NCBI GenBank assembly: GCA_020631815.1
Contig: JACKGW010000001.1
Span: forward strand, 209,683 to 273,682
From: Planctomycetota bacterium
GTDB taxonomy: Bacteria; Planctomycetota; PLA2; JAEUHO01
Length of the DNA: 64,000 nt
Reading direction: 5' to 3'
In this document: positions 30,573 through 38,748 of the stretch, piece by piece
Position numbering within the stretch: the stretch's first letter is position 1
How the letters are laid out: the number at the start of each line of letters is the position of its first letter
The notes under the pieces: generated by a model
Told to the model about the DNA's origin: nothing
Databases searched by the model: none
What the model saw: only the letters and a program-made list of their open reading frames with translations
Translations under genes and position numbers: made by a program

Positions 30573-31133
30573 GTGGAACAAGCGATCTACACCTGGATGG
30601 CCGTCATCGGCTGCGGGATCTTGCTCGTCCAGGTCATCTTGCAAGTCATCGGCGTGGGTGACCACGACGGCGACCTCCACGTCGACATCGATGGCGACGT
30701 GGGCGACGGCGACTTCGGCCACGGCGACTGGTTCTTCGGGTTCTTGTCCTTCAAGACGCTGGTCGCGTTCGTCGGCTTCTTCGGCCTGACCGGTCTGCTG
30801 CTCCTGGAGCGCGACATGGGCACGCCGCAGCGGGCGCTCTACGCGACGCTCGCCGGCCTGGCCGCCGTCGTGGTGGTCGGCTACTTGATGAAGATGCTCC
30901 ATGCGCTGGGGCACTCGGGCACGCTCGACGTGACCAACGCCCTCGGCGTCGAGGGCACCGTCTACCTGCGCATTCCCGCGGCCGGGGCCGGGCGCGGCAA
31001 GGTCACGCTCGACGTGCAGGGCCGCAGCGTGGAGCTGGGCGCCGTCACGGACGGCCTCGAGCTGCCCACCGGCGCACGCGTGCGCGTCGTGGAAGTCGTC
31101 GGTGAGGACCTCGTACGGGTCGAAGCGCGCTGA
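30573..31133 (+). CDS. NfeD-like membrane protein (YqiJ-type flotillin partner)
   Basis: GTG 30573 after GGGAGGG (alternative ATG 30597). Two to three TM helices, a His/Asp/Gly-rich loop, and a C-terminal OB-fold-like β-domain (GTVYLRIPAAGAGRGKVTLDVQGRSVELGAV). Immediately upstream of a flotillin gene, the classic NfeD-SPFH pairing. Confidence 0.7.
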   Translation: MEQAIYTWMAVIGCGILLVQVILQVIGVGDHDGDLHVDIDGDVGDGDFGHGDWFFGFLSFKTLVAFVGFFGLTGLLLLERDMGTPQRALYATLAGLAAVVVVGYLMKMLHALGHSGTLDVTNALGVEGTVYLRIPAAGAGRGKVTLDVQGRSVELGAVTDGLELPTGARVRVVEVVGEDLVRVEAR

Positions 31134-31178
31134 ACAGATGTCGCCTCTGGCACGCGCCAGGGGACCAAGGAGAACGCC

Positions 31179-32822
31179 ATGGGGTCGATGTTGGACGTAG
31201 GACTGCAGCTCGGGGGTGATCAGGTCGAGCTGATCATGGTCGCCTTCGGCGTCCTGTTCCTGTTCAGCTTCATCGTGCTGCTGGTCAAGCGCTACAAGCG
31301 CTGTCCCAGCAACCGGGTGCTGGTCAAGTACGGCAAGGTCGGAGGCGGAGGCGCCTCCCAGTGCATCCACGGCGGCGGCACGTTCGTCTGGCCGCTCATC
31401 CAGGACTACGACTTCCTGGACTTGGAGCCGCGGCAAATCGAGATCCCGCTACGCGGCGCCCTCTCCATGGAGAACATCCGCGTCAACGTGCCGTCGGTTT
31501 TCACGGTCGCCGTGGGTACCGAGCCGGCCGTCATGAACAACGCGGCCATCCGCCTGCTCGGGCTGAAGCCCCACGACATCGACGCCCAGGCCCGCGACAT
31601 CATCTTCGGTCAGCTGCGTCAGGTGATCGCCTCGATGCGCATCGAGGAGATCAACCGCGACCGCGACGCCTTCCTCGATCGCATCCAGACGTCGCTCGAA
31701 CCCGAGCTGCGCAAGATCGGCCTCGTCCTGATCAACGTGAACATCACCGACATCACGGACGAGTCCGGCTACATCGAGGCCATCGGCCGCAAGGCCGCGG
31801 CGACGGCCGTGAAGCAGGCCGAAGTCGACGTGGCCGAGCAGGAGAAGCGCGGCGCGATCGGCGTGGCGCTGGCCGAGCGCGAGAAGGACATCCAGGTGGC
31901 CGACGCCACCAAGGAGCGCGACATCGGCACCAAGGGTGCGGAGAAGGACCGCGTGATCGAGGTGGCCAACCTCGATCGCCAGGCTCGGGTCGGCGAGCAG
32001 ACCGCGGCGCTCCAGCGCGACTCGGACATCGCGGACGCCGAGCGGGACAAGCGCGTGCGCGTGGCCCAGGCCGATGCATTGGCCGTTACGGGCGAGAACG
32101 CCTCCAAGGCCAAGATCGCCGAGGCCGACGCCGAGCTTCAGGTCAAGCGCGCCGAGGCCTACCAGCGAGGCGAGACGCGCAAGCGCGTGGCCGAGGCCGA
32201 GGTGCTGCGTGAGCAGTACCTGGCGCAGGCCGAGGCCGCCAAGGCCCAAGGCGAGAAGATCGAGGCCGAGCGGATGGCCGATCTCGTGGCCACCGCCCGC
32301 GCCACACGCGCCAAGGTCGTCGTGGACGCCGAGGCCGAGGCCGAGCGCCGGCGGATCGAGGCCACGGGTGACGCGGCTGCGATCTACGCGAGGCTCGAAG
32401 CCCAGGCCCGAGGCGAGTACGAGATCCTGGCCAAGAAGGGTCAGGCGCTCGGTGAGATCGTGAAGGCCTGCGGCGGTCCGCAGAGCGCCTTCCAGATGCT
32501 CATGCTGGAGCACCTGGAGAAGCTGTCGGAGAACGCGGCCCAGGCCATCAGCAACATCAAGTTCGACAAGATCGTCGTCTGGGACGGTGGCACGGGCACG
32601 GACGGCCGTGGGGCCACGTCGAACTTCCTCTCCGGTCTGGCCGGTTCCCTGCCGCCGATGATGCACATGATGCGCGACATCGGTGGCGTCGAGATGCCCG
32701 AGTACTTCGGCAAGCTCGTGCGCGCCGAGGAGGTAGCCGACGCTGAGGCGGCGACGGATGACACCCCGCCGGCCGAGACCAAGCCGACGCCGCCCAAGAA
32801 GGGCAAGCCGCCGAGCGCGTAG
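31179..32822 (+). CDS. Flotillin-family SPFH/band-7 protein (YqiK/FloA-like)
   Basis: 547 aa. AGGAGAA SD. N-terminal TM helix, SPFH domain, long EA-rich coiled coil (flotillin repeats). C-terminal Gly-rich, Pro/Lys tail. Confidence 0.9.
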   Translation: MGSMLDVGLQLGGDQVELIMVAFGVLFLFSFIVLLVKRYKRCPSNRVLVKYGKVGGGGASQCIHGGGTFVWPLIQDYDFLDLEPRQIEIPLRGALSMENIRVNVPSVFTVAVGTEPAVMNNAAIRLLGLKPHDIDAQARDIIFGQLRQVIASMRIEEINRDRDAFLDRIQTSLEPELRKIGLVLINVNITDITDESGYIEAIGRKAAATAVKQAEVDVAEQEKRGAIGVALAEREKDIQVADATKERDIGTKGAEKDRVIEVANLDRQARVGEQTAALQRDSDIADAERDKRVRVAQADALAVTGENASKAKIAEADAELQVKRAEAYQRGETRKRVAEAEVLREQYLAQAEAAKAQGEKIEAERMADLVATARATRAKVVVDAEAEAERRRIEATGDAAAIYARLEAQARGEYEILAKKGQALGEIVKACGGPQSAFQMLMLEHLEKLSENAAQAISNIKFDKIVVWDGGTGTDGRGATSNFLSGLAGSLPPMMHMMRDIGGVEMPEYFGKLVRAEEVADAEAATDDTPPAETKPTPPKKGKPPSA

Positions 32823-32834
32823 TCGACCCGCGGC

Positions 32835-32894
32835 TGTGTCAGAACCCTTGCTGGGGAGCCGCGCAGCGGCGACGCGGGCAAGGTGTCTGACACG
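32835..32894. repeat. GTCTGA/TCAGAC-box element (inverted-box variant)
   Basis: tgtgtcagaaccc-[hairpin-like 34 nt]-ggtgtctgacacg. An additional lone box ggggttcagacacc at 33052-33065. Confidence 0.6.
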
Positions 32895-32979
32895 CCGGGG
32901 GCGCTTCCGATCGCCAGCGAACGCCGCACTGCGCCAACTGACCGAGGGCTGGGTGCACGGTGGGTCGTGCCGCGCTCCC

Positions 32980-33054
32980 GCGCGGAGTCGGCGCTCGGGC
33001 AGACGCCCTCGCGGCAGAGGGGCTATTCCGTACCCCCTCTGCACTCCTCACGGG
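32980..33054. repeat. Element D copy 2
   Basis: cgcgcggagtcggcgctcgggcagacgccctcgcggcagaggggctattccgtaccccctctgcactcctcacgg. About 67/75 identical to copy 1. The 52-nt hairpin-containing 3' part is identical. Confidence 0.8.
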
Positions 33055-33056
33055 GT

Positions 33057-34181
33057 TCAGACACCTCCGCGCGCCGGCGCGAACACAGCCGGCGCGGGAG
33101 CGCCACCGAGCGCGGCCTCGGCCACAGCGGCTCCGAGGCCGAGGCCCCAGCCCATGCCGTGTCCCATGAGACCCGCGAGCACGTAGAGTCCGTCGGCGCC
33201 GGGCCAGGCGCCGGCGAGCGGCAGGCCGTCGGGCGTGAACGCCATCGTCCCGGCCCAGCGCGCAATGACCTTGCGCCGCTGCGCATGGGGAAACCAGCGT
33301 GCGAGCAGCCGCTCCAGCGCTCGTTGCACCGCGGGGCCGGGCGTCTCGTCCGTGGTGCGTTCTTCATCGCCCCCCTCGTCACGCTGACCGCCGAGCAGCA
33401 CCGTTCCCGTCGACAGCACGCGGAGGTAGTCGTGCCCGCCGCGGGCGTACACGGGACGGGGTGCGCGCGGTGTCGGCTTGACGCGCGCGGCCAGCATCTG
33501 GGCGCGCCACGCCGTGAGCCGCAGGTCGGCAGTTCCGGCCGGCGCGAGCGCGCCTGACGCGTGCGAGGCCGTGACGACGACGATCGCCGGCTCGATCACG
33601 CGCTCACCCACCACGACCCGCCAGCGCGTGCCGTCGCGCTCCGGACGTGTCACGCGCACACCCTCGCTCAGGGCGGCACCTGCGCGGCGCGCTTCGGCGA
33701 CTACCGCGTCGAGGAGGTGGAGGGGGTCGACCGCGCCATCGCCGTCGTCGACGAGGCCGCCGAGCCAGGGCCCACCCCGCCAGGGCGCGGGCAAGCGATC
33801 GGCGGCGAGCCATGTGAGGCCCAAGGCGTCTGCCGTGGCCTCGAGGTCGGCGGCCTCGTCGGGATCCACCGCCAAGCGCAAGCTGCCGGAGGGGACCCAG
33901 CCGATGTCGTGGTGACGGGCCAGATCGCGGACCGCCTCGCGCGTGGCGAGCCCTGCCGCACGAAGCGCATCCGCCACGTCCCGCCCCTGGGACTGGGCGA
34001 CGCGCGCGTAGGGGTCGGCGCCGTCGGCCAAGATGAAGCCTGCGTTGCGTCCCGTCGCGCCCTCACCGGCGCGGCGCACGTCGACCCAGGCGACCGTGGC
34101 CCCGCGTTGCGCGGCCGCGCGCGCCACAGCGGCGCCGGCGATGCCGGCGCCCAGGACCAGCACGTCCGGGCGTGCGGGCAC
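33057..34181 (-). CDS. FAD-dependent oxidoreductase (DAO family, glycine/D-amino-acid oxidase-like)
   Basis: N-terminal Rossmann dinucleotide motif DVLVLGAGIAGAAVARAAAQRGATVAWVD. C-terminal DAO-type motif GLYVLAGLMGHGMGWG. Start set at GTG 34181 (uncertain; no in-frame ATG nearby). The remainder of ORF 33057..36653 is rejected. Confidence 0.75.
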   Translation of the reverse strand: MPARPDVLVLGAGIAGAAVARAAAQRGATVAWVDVRRAGEGATGRNAGFILADGADPYARVAQSQGRDVADALRAAGLATREAVRDLARHHDIGWVPSGSLRLAVDPDEAADLEATADALGLTWLAADRLPAPWRGGPWLGGLVDDGDGAVDPLHLLDAVVAEARRAGAALSEGVRVTRPERDGTRWRVVVGERVIEPAIVVVTASHASGALAPAGTADLRLTAWRAQMLAARVKPTPRAPRPVYARGGHDYLRVLSTGTVLLGGQRDEGGDEERTTDETPGPAVQRALERLLARWFPHAQRRKVIARWAGTMAFTPDGLPLAGAWPGADGLYVLAGLMGHGMGWGLGLGAAVAEAALGGAPAPAVFAPARGGV

Positions 34182-34331
34182 GTCGTCGCGCCAGGGGTCG
34201 CGCTCGCGACGCCGCTCCAGCCACCATGAGGTGGTGGGGACGGGGTCGGGAGCAGGATCGACAGGCTCGGAAACGGCGCACCTCCGGGGCCGGGATCGTA
34301 GTCCGGAGGGCGGCGTACCCTGGGCCCCCCG

Positions 34332-35900
34332 ATGGCTGACGCCCGCACCCGCTCCGACGACCCTCCCTCGCTCCGCGTGGTCCGCGGCGAGCTGGAGCTC
34401 GCACTCCGCGTCACCGACCCGGACGTCGTCGCCGAGCTCGAGTCGGTCCCGGAAGGCGCCGCGCGCGAGGCGCACGCGCTGAAGGCACTGCGCATCGGTG
34501 TTACGGCGCTGCAGGGCGCCCGGGGGCAGGTCGACGCCGCCGTCGTCCGCAAGGAGGGCGAGCGTCTCGTCGCGGAGCTTCGACGGTCGCTCGACGCCCA
34601 CCGCGAGGGGCTGGGCGGTCGCCTGGAGACCACGCTCAAGGAGTGGTTCGACCCGCAGAGCGGCAAGCTGCCCGAGCGCATCCGCGGCCTCGTCAAGAAG
34701 GACGGCGAGCTCGAGACCGTGCTGCAGCGCGCCGTCGGCAGCGACGGCAGCGCGCTGGTCGCCACGTTGCGCACGCACGTGGGCCCCGAGAGCCCGCTCA
34801 TGAAGGTCCTGAGCCCGTCCCAGAGCGAGGGGTTGCTTCATTCCCTGGGCCAGGCCGTGGAGAAGCAGCTCGCCACGCAGCGCGAGCACATCCTCCAGCA
34901 GTTCAGCCTCGACCGCAGCGACAGCGCGCTGTCGCGTCTGGTCCAAGAGCTGGAGAAGAAGCACGGCGACCTCACCACCGAGCTCAAGGGCCGTATCGAC
35001 CACGTCGTTCGCGAGTTCTCGATGGACGAGGAAGGCAGCGCGCTCAAGCGGCTCGTGGACCGCGTGGACCAGGCGCAGAAGCGCATCACCCGCGAGTTCA
35101 CGCTCGACGAAGAAGCCTCGGCACTCGGGAACCTCCGCAAGCAGCTGCTGGACGTGCTGCACGAGCACGAGAAGCGCAACGTGGCGTTCCAGCAGATGGT
35201 CGTGGAACAGCTCGGCCGCATGCAGGGGGCCAAGGAAGAGGAGCAGCGCAGCACGCGCCACGGTCTCACCTTCGAGCAGGCCCTCTTCGAGCGCGTCCAG
35301 GCCTACGCCCAGGGAGCTGGCGACGTGGCCTCGTTTACCGGCAACGAGACGGGCCTCGTACGCAATGACAAGAAGGGCGACGTCGTAATCCAGCTGGGCC
35401 CCGACGCGGTCGCGGCGGGCGCGCGCATCGTGCTCGAAGCCAAGCAGGATCAGTCCTACTCCATGCGCCACGCGGCCGAGGAGATCGCCGCGGCCCGCAA
35501 CAACCGCGGGGCCGAGGTGGGGGTCTTCGTCTTCTCCAAGCGCTCGGCGCCCGAGGGTCTCAAGGTCCTCCAGCGCATGGGCTCGGACGTGTTCGTCGTA
35601 TGGGACGCCGAGGACGAGAGCAGCGACACCGCTCTCGAAGCCGCGCTGCTCCTGGCGAAGGCCCTCGTCACGCGCGCCGCCACGGAGAAAGACGAGGAAG
35701 CCGTCGACCCGGAGCGCTTCGAGCGCGCCATCCTCGACATCGAGAAGCACGCCAACAACCTCGACGACGTCACGAAGGCCGCCGAGACCATTCGCAGCGG
35801 CGCCGACCGCATCCTCACGCGCGTGCGCATCGACCAAGACGCGTTCCGTCGCCAGATCGAGGAGCTGCGCCGGCTGCTGGACGCACTCCGCGACGCGTAG
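34332..35900 (+). CDS. Coiled-coil protein with C-terminal PD-(D/E)xK-like domain (DUF2130/RmuC-like; hypothetical)
   Basis: 522 aa. Strong GC3 with AAG lysines. About 330 aa predicted coiled coil, then ...GLTFEQALFERV...GDVVIQLGPD...ARIVLEAKQDQSY...AEVGVFVFS, which fits an E...D...ExK restriction-endonuclease-fold signature. Family assignment is inference from memory of DUF2130/RmuC. Confidence 0.65.
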   Translation: MADARTRSDDPPSLRVVRGELELALRVTDPDVVAELESVPEGAAREAHALKALRIGVTALQGARGQVDAAVVRKEGERLVAELRRSLDAHREGLGGRLETTLKEWFDPQSGKLPERIRGLVKKDGELETVLQRAVGSDGSALVATLRTHVGPESPLMKVLSPSQSEGLLHSLGQAVEKQLATQREHILQQFSLDRSDSALSRLVQELEKKHGDLTTELKGRIDHVVREFSMDEEGSALKRLVDRVDQAQKRITREFTLDEEASALGNLRKQLLDVLHEHEKRNVAFQQMVVEQLGRMQGAKEEEQRSTRHGLTFEQALFERVQAYAQGAGDVASFTGNETGLVRNDKKGDVVIQLGPDAVAAGARIVLEAKQDQSYSMRHAAEEIAAARNNRGAEVGVFVFSKRSAPEGLKVLQRMGSDVFVVWDAEDESSDTALEAALLLAKALVTRAATEKDEEAVDPERFERAILDIEKHANNLDDVTKAAETIRSGADRILTRVRIDQDAFRRQIEELRRLLDALRDA

Positions 35901-35915
35901 ATCGAGGGAGGCGCC

Positions 35916-36521
35916 GTGACCAAGAACCGCGTCGAGGCATTCAGCGACGGCGTCTTGGCCATCGTCATCACGATCATGGTGTTGGAGATGAAGGCGCCGC
36001 CGCACGCGGACCGGATCCCCGACCTGCTCCCCGTAGCGCCCGCGTTCTTGAGCTACATCCTCAGCTTCCTGTACCTCGGCATCTACTGGAACAACCACCA
36101 TCACCTCCTGCATGCGGCGCCCCGCGTGACGCCTGCCGTGATGTGGACGAACCTGCACCTGCTCTTTTGGCTCTCGCTCGTGCCCTTCGTGACCGCGTGG
36201 ATGGGGGAGAACCACTTCGCGCCGCAACCCATGGCGCTCTACGGCGCCGTCCTCCTGATGGCCGCGGTCGCCTACTGGGCGCTGCAACGGGCCATCGTGT
36301 CGATCGAAGGCTGCGACTCGGAACTGGCCCAGGCCCTCGGGCCCGACTGGAAGGGCAAGGTGTCGACCTTCGCCTATGCCGTCGCGATTCCCGGAGCCCT
36401 GCTCTCGCCCTGGATCGCGGGCATCGCCTACGTCGGGGTGGCCATCGTGTGGCTCGTTCCCGATCGCCGCCTCGCACGCGTGATCGAACGGCGATCGAGC
36501 GCGCCGGACGCGGGCGCATGA
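35916..36521 (+). CDS. DUF1211 / TMEM175-family membrane protein (putative K+ channel-like)
   Basis: GTG 35916, 4 nt after GAGGGAGG and 16 nt after the upstream stop. Signature RVEAFSDGVLAIVITIMVLE (DUF1211 helix-1 motif). Four to six TM helices. Confidence 0.75.
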   Translation: MTKNRVEAFSDGVLAIVITIMVLEMKAPPHADRIPDLLPVAPAFLSYILSFLYLGIYWNNHHHLLHAAPRVTPAVMWTNLHLLFWLSLVPFVTAWMGENHFAPQPMALYGAVLLMAAVAYWALQRAIVSIEGCDSELAQALGPDWKGKVSTFAYAVAIPGALLSPWIAGIAYVGVAIVWLVPDRRLARVIERRSSAPDAGA

Positions 36522-37324
36522 GCCACATCGTCCTCGTCCACTGGAAGCCGGCAGAGGCCGAGCCCACGCAGCGCGGGCTGGTCGACCAGGGTCATCGCCT
36601 CGAGCTGATCCGACCCGAGGGCGGCAAGGGGCTTGCACGCTACCGGGCGACACCTCCTGACGCGTTCGTGATCGATCTGTCGCGCCTGCCCAGCCACGGG
36701 CGGGAGGTGGCGGTGTACCTGCGCCGGCAGAAGGGCACGCGTGACGTGCCGCTTGTCTTCCTGGCCGGGGATCCGGCGAAGGTAGAGCGGTTGCGCGAGG
36801 CCCTGCCGGACGCGCAGTACGTGCGCACGTGGCGCGGTGTCGGTGGGGCCATCGGGCGCGCGAAGACGTCGCCGCCGCGCGCGGCCGTCGTGCCGACCAG
36901 CATCACCGGCTACTCGGGCACGCCGCTCGTCAAGAAGCTGGGCATCAAGGCGGACTCACGTGTGGTCTTGGTGGGCGCGCCCAAGGACATCCCGGTGCTG
37001 CTCGCCGATCGACCCCCAGGGAGCACGCTCGTCCAAGCAGGCCGCGGGCCCGGCGATCTCGTGCTGGTCTTCGCCACGACGCGCGCCGAGCTGACCAAGC
37101 GCTTGCCTGGCGCGCTGGCCCGTGTCGACGACCCGGGGCGCCTGTGGATCGCGTGGCCCAAGAAGACGTCGGGTCAGGCCAAGGACCTGTCCGAGCCCGG
37201 CGTTCGCGAGGCGGGACTCGCGGCGGGCTGGGTCGACTTCAAGATCTGCGCCATCGACGCCACGTGGTCGGGCCTCTGCTTCGCTCGGCCCCAGCACACC
37301 AAGCGCCAGCGCAGCGGGCGCTGA
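36518..37324 (+). CDS. Pseudo-receiver-like N-terminal domain + DUF3052 domain protein
   Basis: ATGA overlap with the DUF1211 gene stop. C-terminal GYSGTPLVKKLGIKADSRVVLVGAP...DLVLVFATTRAELTKRLP...GRLWIAWPKK...DFKICAIDATWSGLCF closely matches the actinobacterial DUF3052 consensus. N-terminus has REC-like topology (..DAFVIDLSRLP...PLVFLAG) but lacks the acidic pocket. Confidence 0.6.
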   Translation: MSHIVLVHWKPAEAEPTQRGLVDQGHRLELIRPEGGKGLARYRATPPDAFVIDLSRLPSHGREVAVYLRRQKGTRDVPLVFLAGDPAKVERLREALPDAQYVRTWRGVGGAIGRAKTSPPRAAVVPTSITGYSGTPLVKKLGIKADSRVVLVGAPKDIPVLLADRPPGSTLVQAGRGPGDLVLVFATTRAELTKRLPGALARVDDPGRLWIAWPKKTSGQAKDLSEPGVREAGLAAGWVDFKICAIDATWSGLCFARPQHTKRQRSGR

Positions 37325-37337
37325 TCGCGCGCGACCC

Positions 37338-38336
37338 TCACGCGCGGCGGTCGTGGATCCAGGCGAACGGCGTGGGCCTGTGGCGACGCTTGGCCTCCGC
37401 GTCGGCTTGGCGGCGATACCGGGCCGGCATCTCGCAGAGCTCGTCCTGCAGGCGCGCACCGTCGGGTCCAAGGCCCGTGAGGTGGCCTACGCGCGCCTCG
37501 GCGAAGAACCCCTCGAGGTTGTCGGCGTAGTCGTGGAGCGAGTAGATGCCGAGGTGCGTCCCGACCGCAGAGAAGCGGCGGAACAGCGAGACGTCGCCGT
37601 CTCCGGCCATGAGTCGCGCGGGCATGGCGACATGGCCGACCACGTGGCGCAGGGCTTCCAGGGCACCGTCGGGATCGCGCTCGAGCACGCCCAGCAGCAC
37701 GCCGCGGTAGGCGCGCTCATGGCGTGCCTCGTCGGCCGCAACCAGGCCGCACATGCGGCGGAGACGGTCCGCGCCGGCCCGGCGCACGACACGCCCGAGC
37801 TGGTTCCACGAGGTCTTGGTGGCGTGCTCCTGGATCGAGGCATAGGCCAGTCCCTTGTAGGGGTCGCCGTCCGCGCCCGTGTCGAAGCCGTTGCGCAGCA
37901 GGTGCTGGATGGTGCGCTCGACCTCGCGCATGGCCACGCGCCCGCCGAGCAGCAGGTAGGCGCGCGTGACGTCGCCGTGGCGCTTCTCTTCGGCCGTCCA
38001 GGCACGGCTCCAGCAGGCCCAGGCATGGCGCTCGGTGCCCGTGGCGTCGGTCATGCCACCGAACCGGTTGAGCGCCGTCTGGTAGGAGGGCAGGGCCTCC
38101 TCGGTCACCACGTTGCCGACGAGGACGACGAGCATGTCGTCCTCCAGGCGCTCGGCCTCCGCCCGCAGCTCGTCCAGCTCCTCCCGCCACGTGGGGCCCG
38201 CGAAGTCGGGCAGGAAGTCGGACGGCTGCCAGCAGGCCTCGACCTCGGGGAACGTCGCCAGCTGCTCCTCGACGGTCGGGAGCACGTCCGCCATCACGCG
38301 CAGGCGCTCGGCGTCCTGGCGGAGGAGGAGATGCAT
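37338..38336 (-). CDS. Soluble acyl-ACP desaturase (diiron, ferritin-like fold)
   Basis: 332 aa from ATG 38336 (GGAGAC SD). Diiron ligands EEKRHG (EENRHG-type) and DEARHE. Overall similarity to stearoyl-ACP Δ9 desaturase / DesA-type. Upstream extension rejected. Confidence 0.85.
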   Translation of the reverse strand: MHLLLRQDAERLRVMADVLPTVEEQLATFPEVEACWQPSDFLPDFAGPTWREELDELRAEAERLEDDMLVVLVGNVVTEEALPSYQTALNRFGGMTDATGTERHAWACWSRAWTAEEKRHGDVTRAYLLLGGRVAMREVERTIQHLLRNGFDTGADGDPYKGLAYASIQEHATKTSWNQLGRVVRRAGADRLRRMCGLVAADEARHERAYRGVLLGVLERDPDGALEALRHVVGHVAMPARLMAGDGDVSLFRRFSAVGTHLGIYSLHDYADNLEGFFAEARVGHLTGLGPDGARLQDELCEMPARYRRQADAEAKRRHRPTPFAWIHDRRA

Positions 38337-38474
38337 GGGCTGGGTCTCCACGGCCGGCCAGCCGACCCGGGTCGAGAGCCACCGAGGAGACGAGGACGGG
38401 TTCCGCCTGGAGCTCCGGGTCTGTCTGAGAACACGTCCTGCTGCGGCCACCGTGTCTCTCGCTGCGCCCGCCCC

Positions 38475-38590
38475 AACTCGAATCCGGGTCCTTTGGCGGT
38501 CAGGGGACCGCCTCCGGCCCGGCTTCTCGTCGTGCCTGTGGCTCGCTTCGGCCCCGGTGTCCTCGCGACGGAGTGTTCTCAGACGCACCC
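38475..38590. repeat. Element E copy 2, between the divergent desaturase genes
   Basis: About 85-88% identity to copy 1 over ~115 nt. Same orientation. Confidence 0.8.
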
Positions 38591-38748
38591 TAGGCGCGAG
38601 GAGCCCTGATTGTCAGGTCTCTTCCTCCATTTCGGGGATTCCGATGGGGATCGCGCTTCAGCGGATGTGAATCCGGTTCGACCCGGGGTATTGGCGCCCG
38701 CGTTGCGCGTCGTGCGCGTAGCCTCCCCGGACTCCCGGCGGAACCTCC

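Noticed and set aside
34182-36653. N-terminal ~820 aa of minus-strand ORF 33057..36653
   Set aside because: Only the C-terminal 374 aa form the FAD oxidoreductase. The rest is antisense to the DUF2130-like and DUF1211 genes and is Arg-rich.
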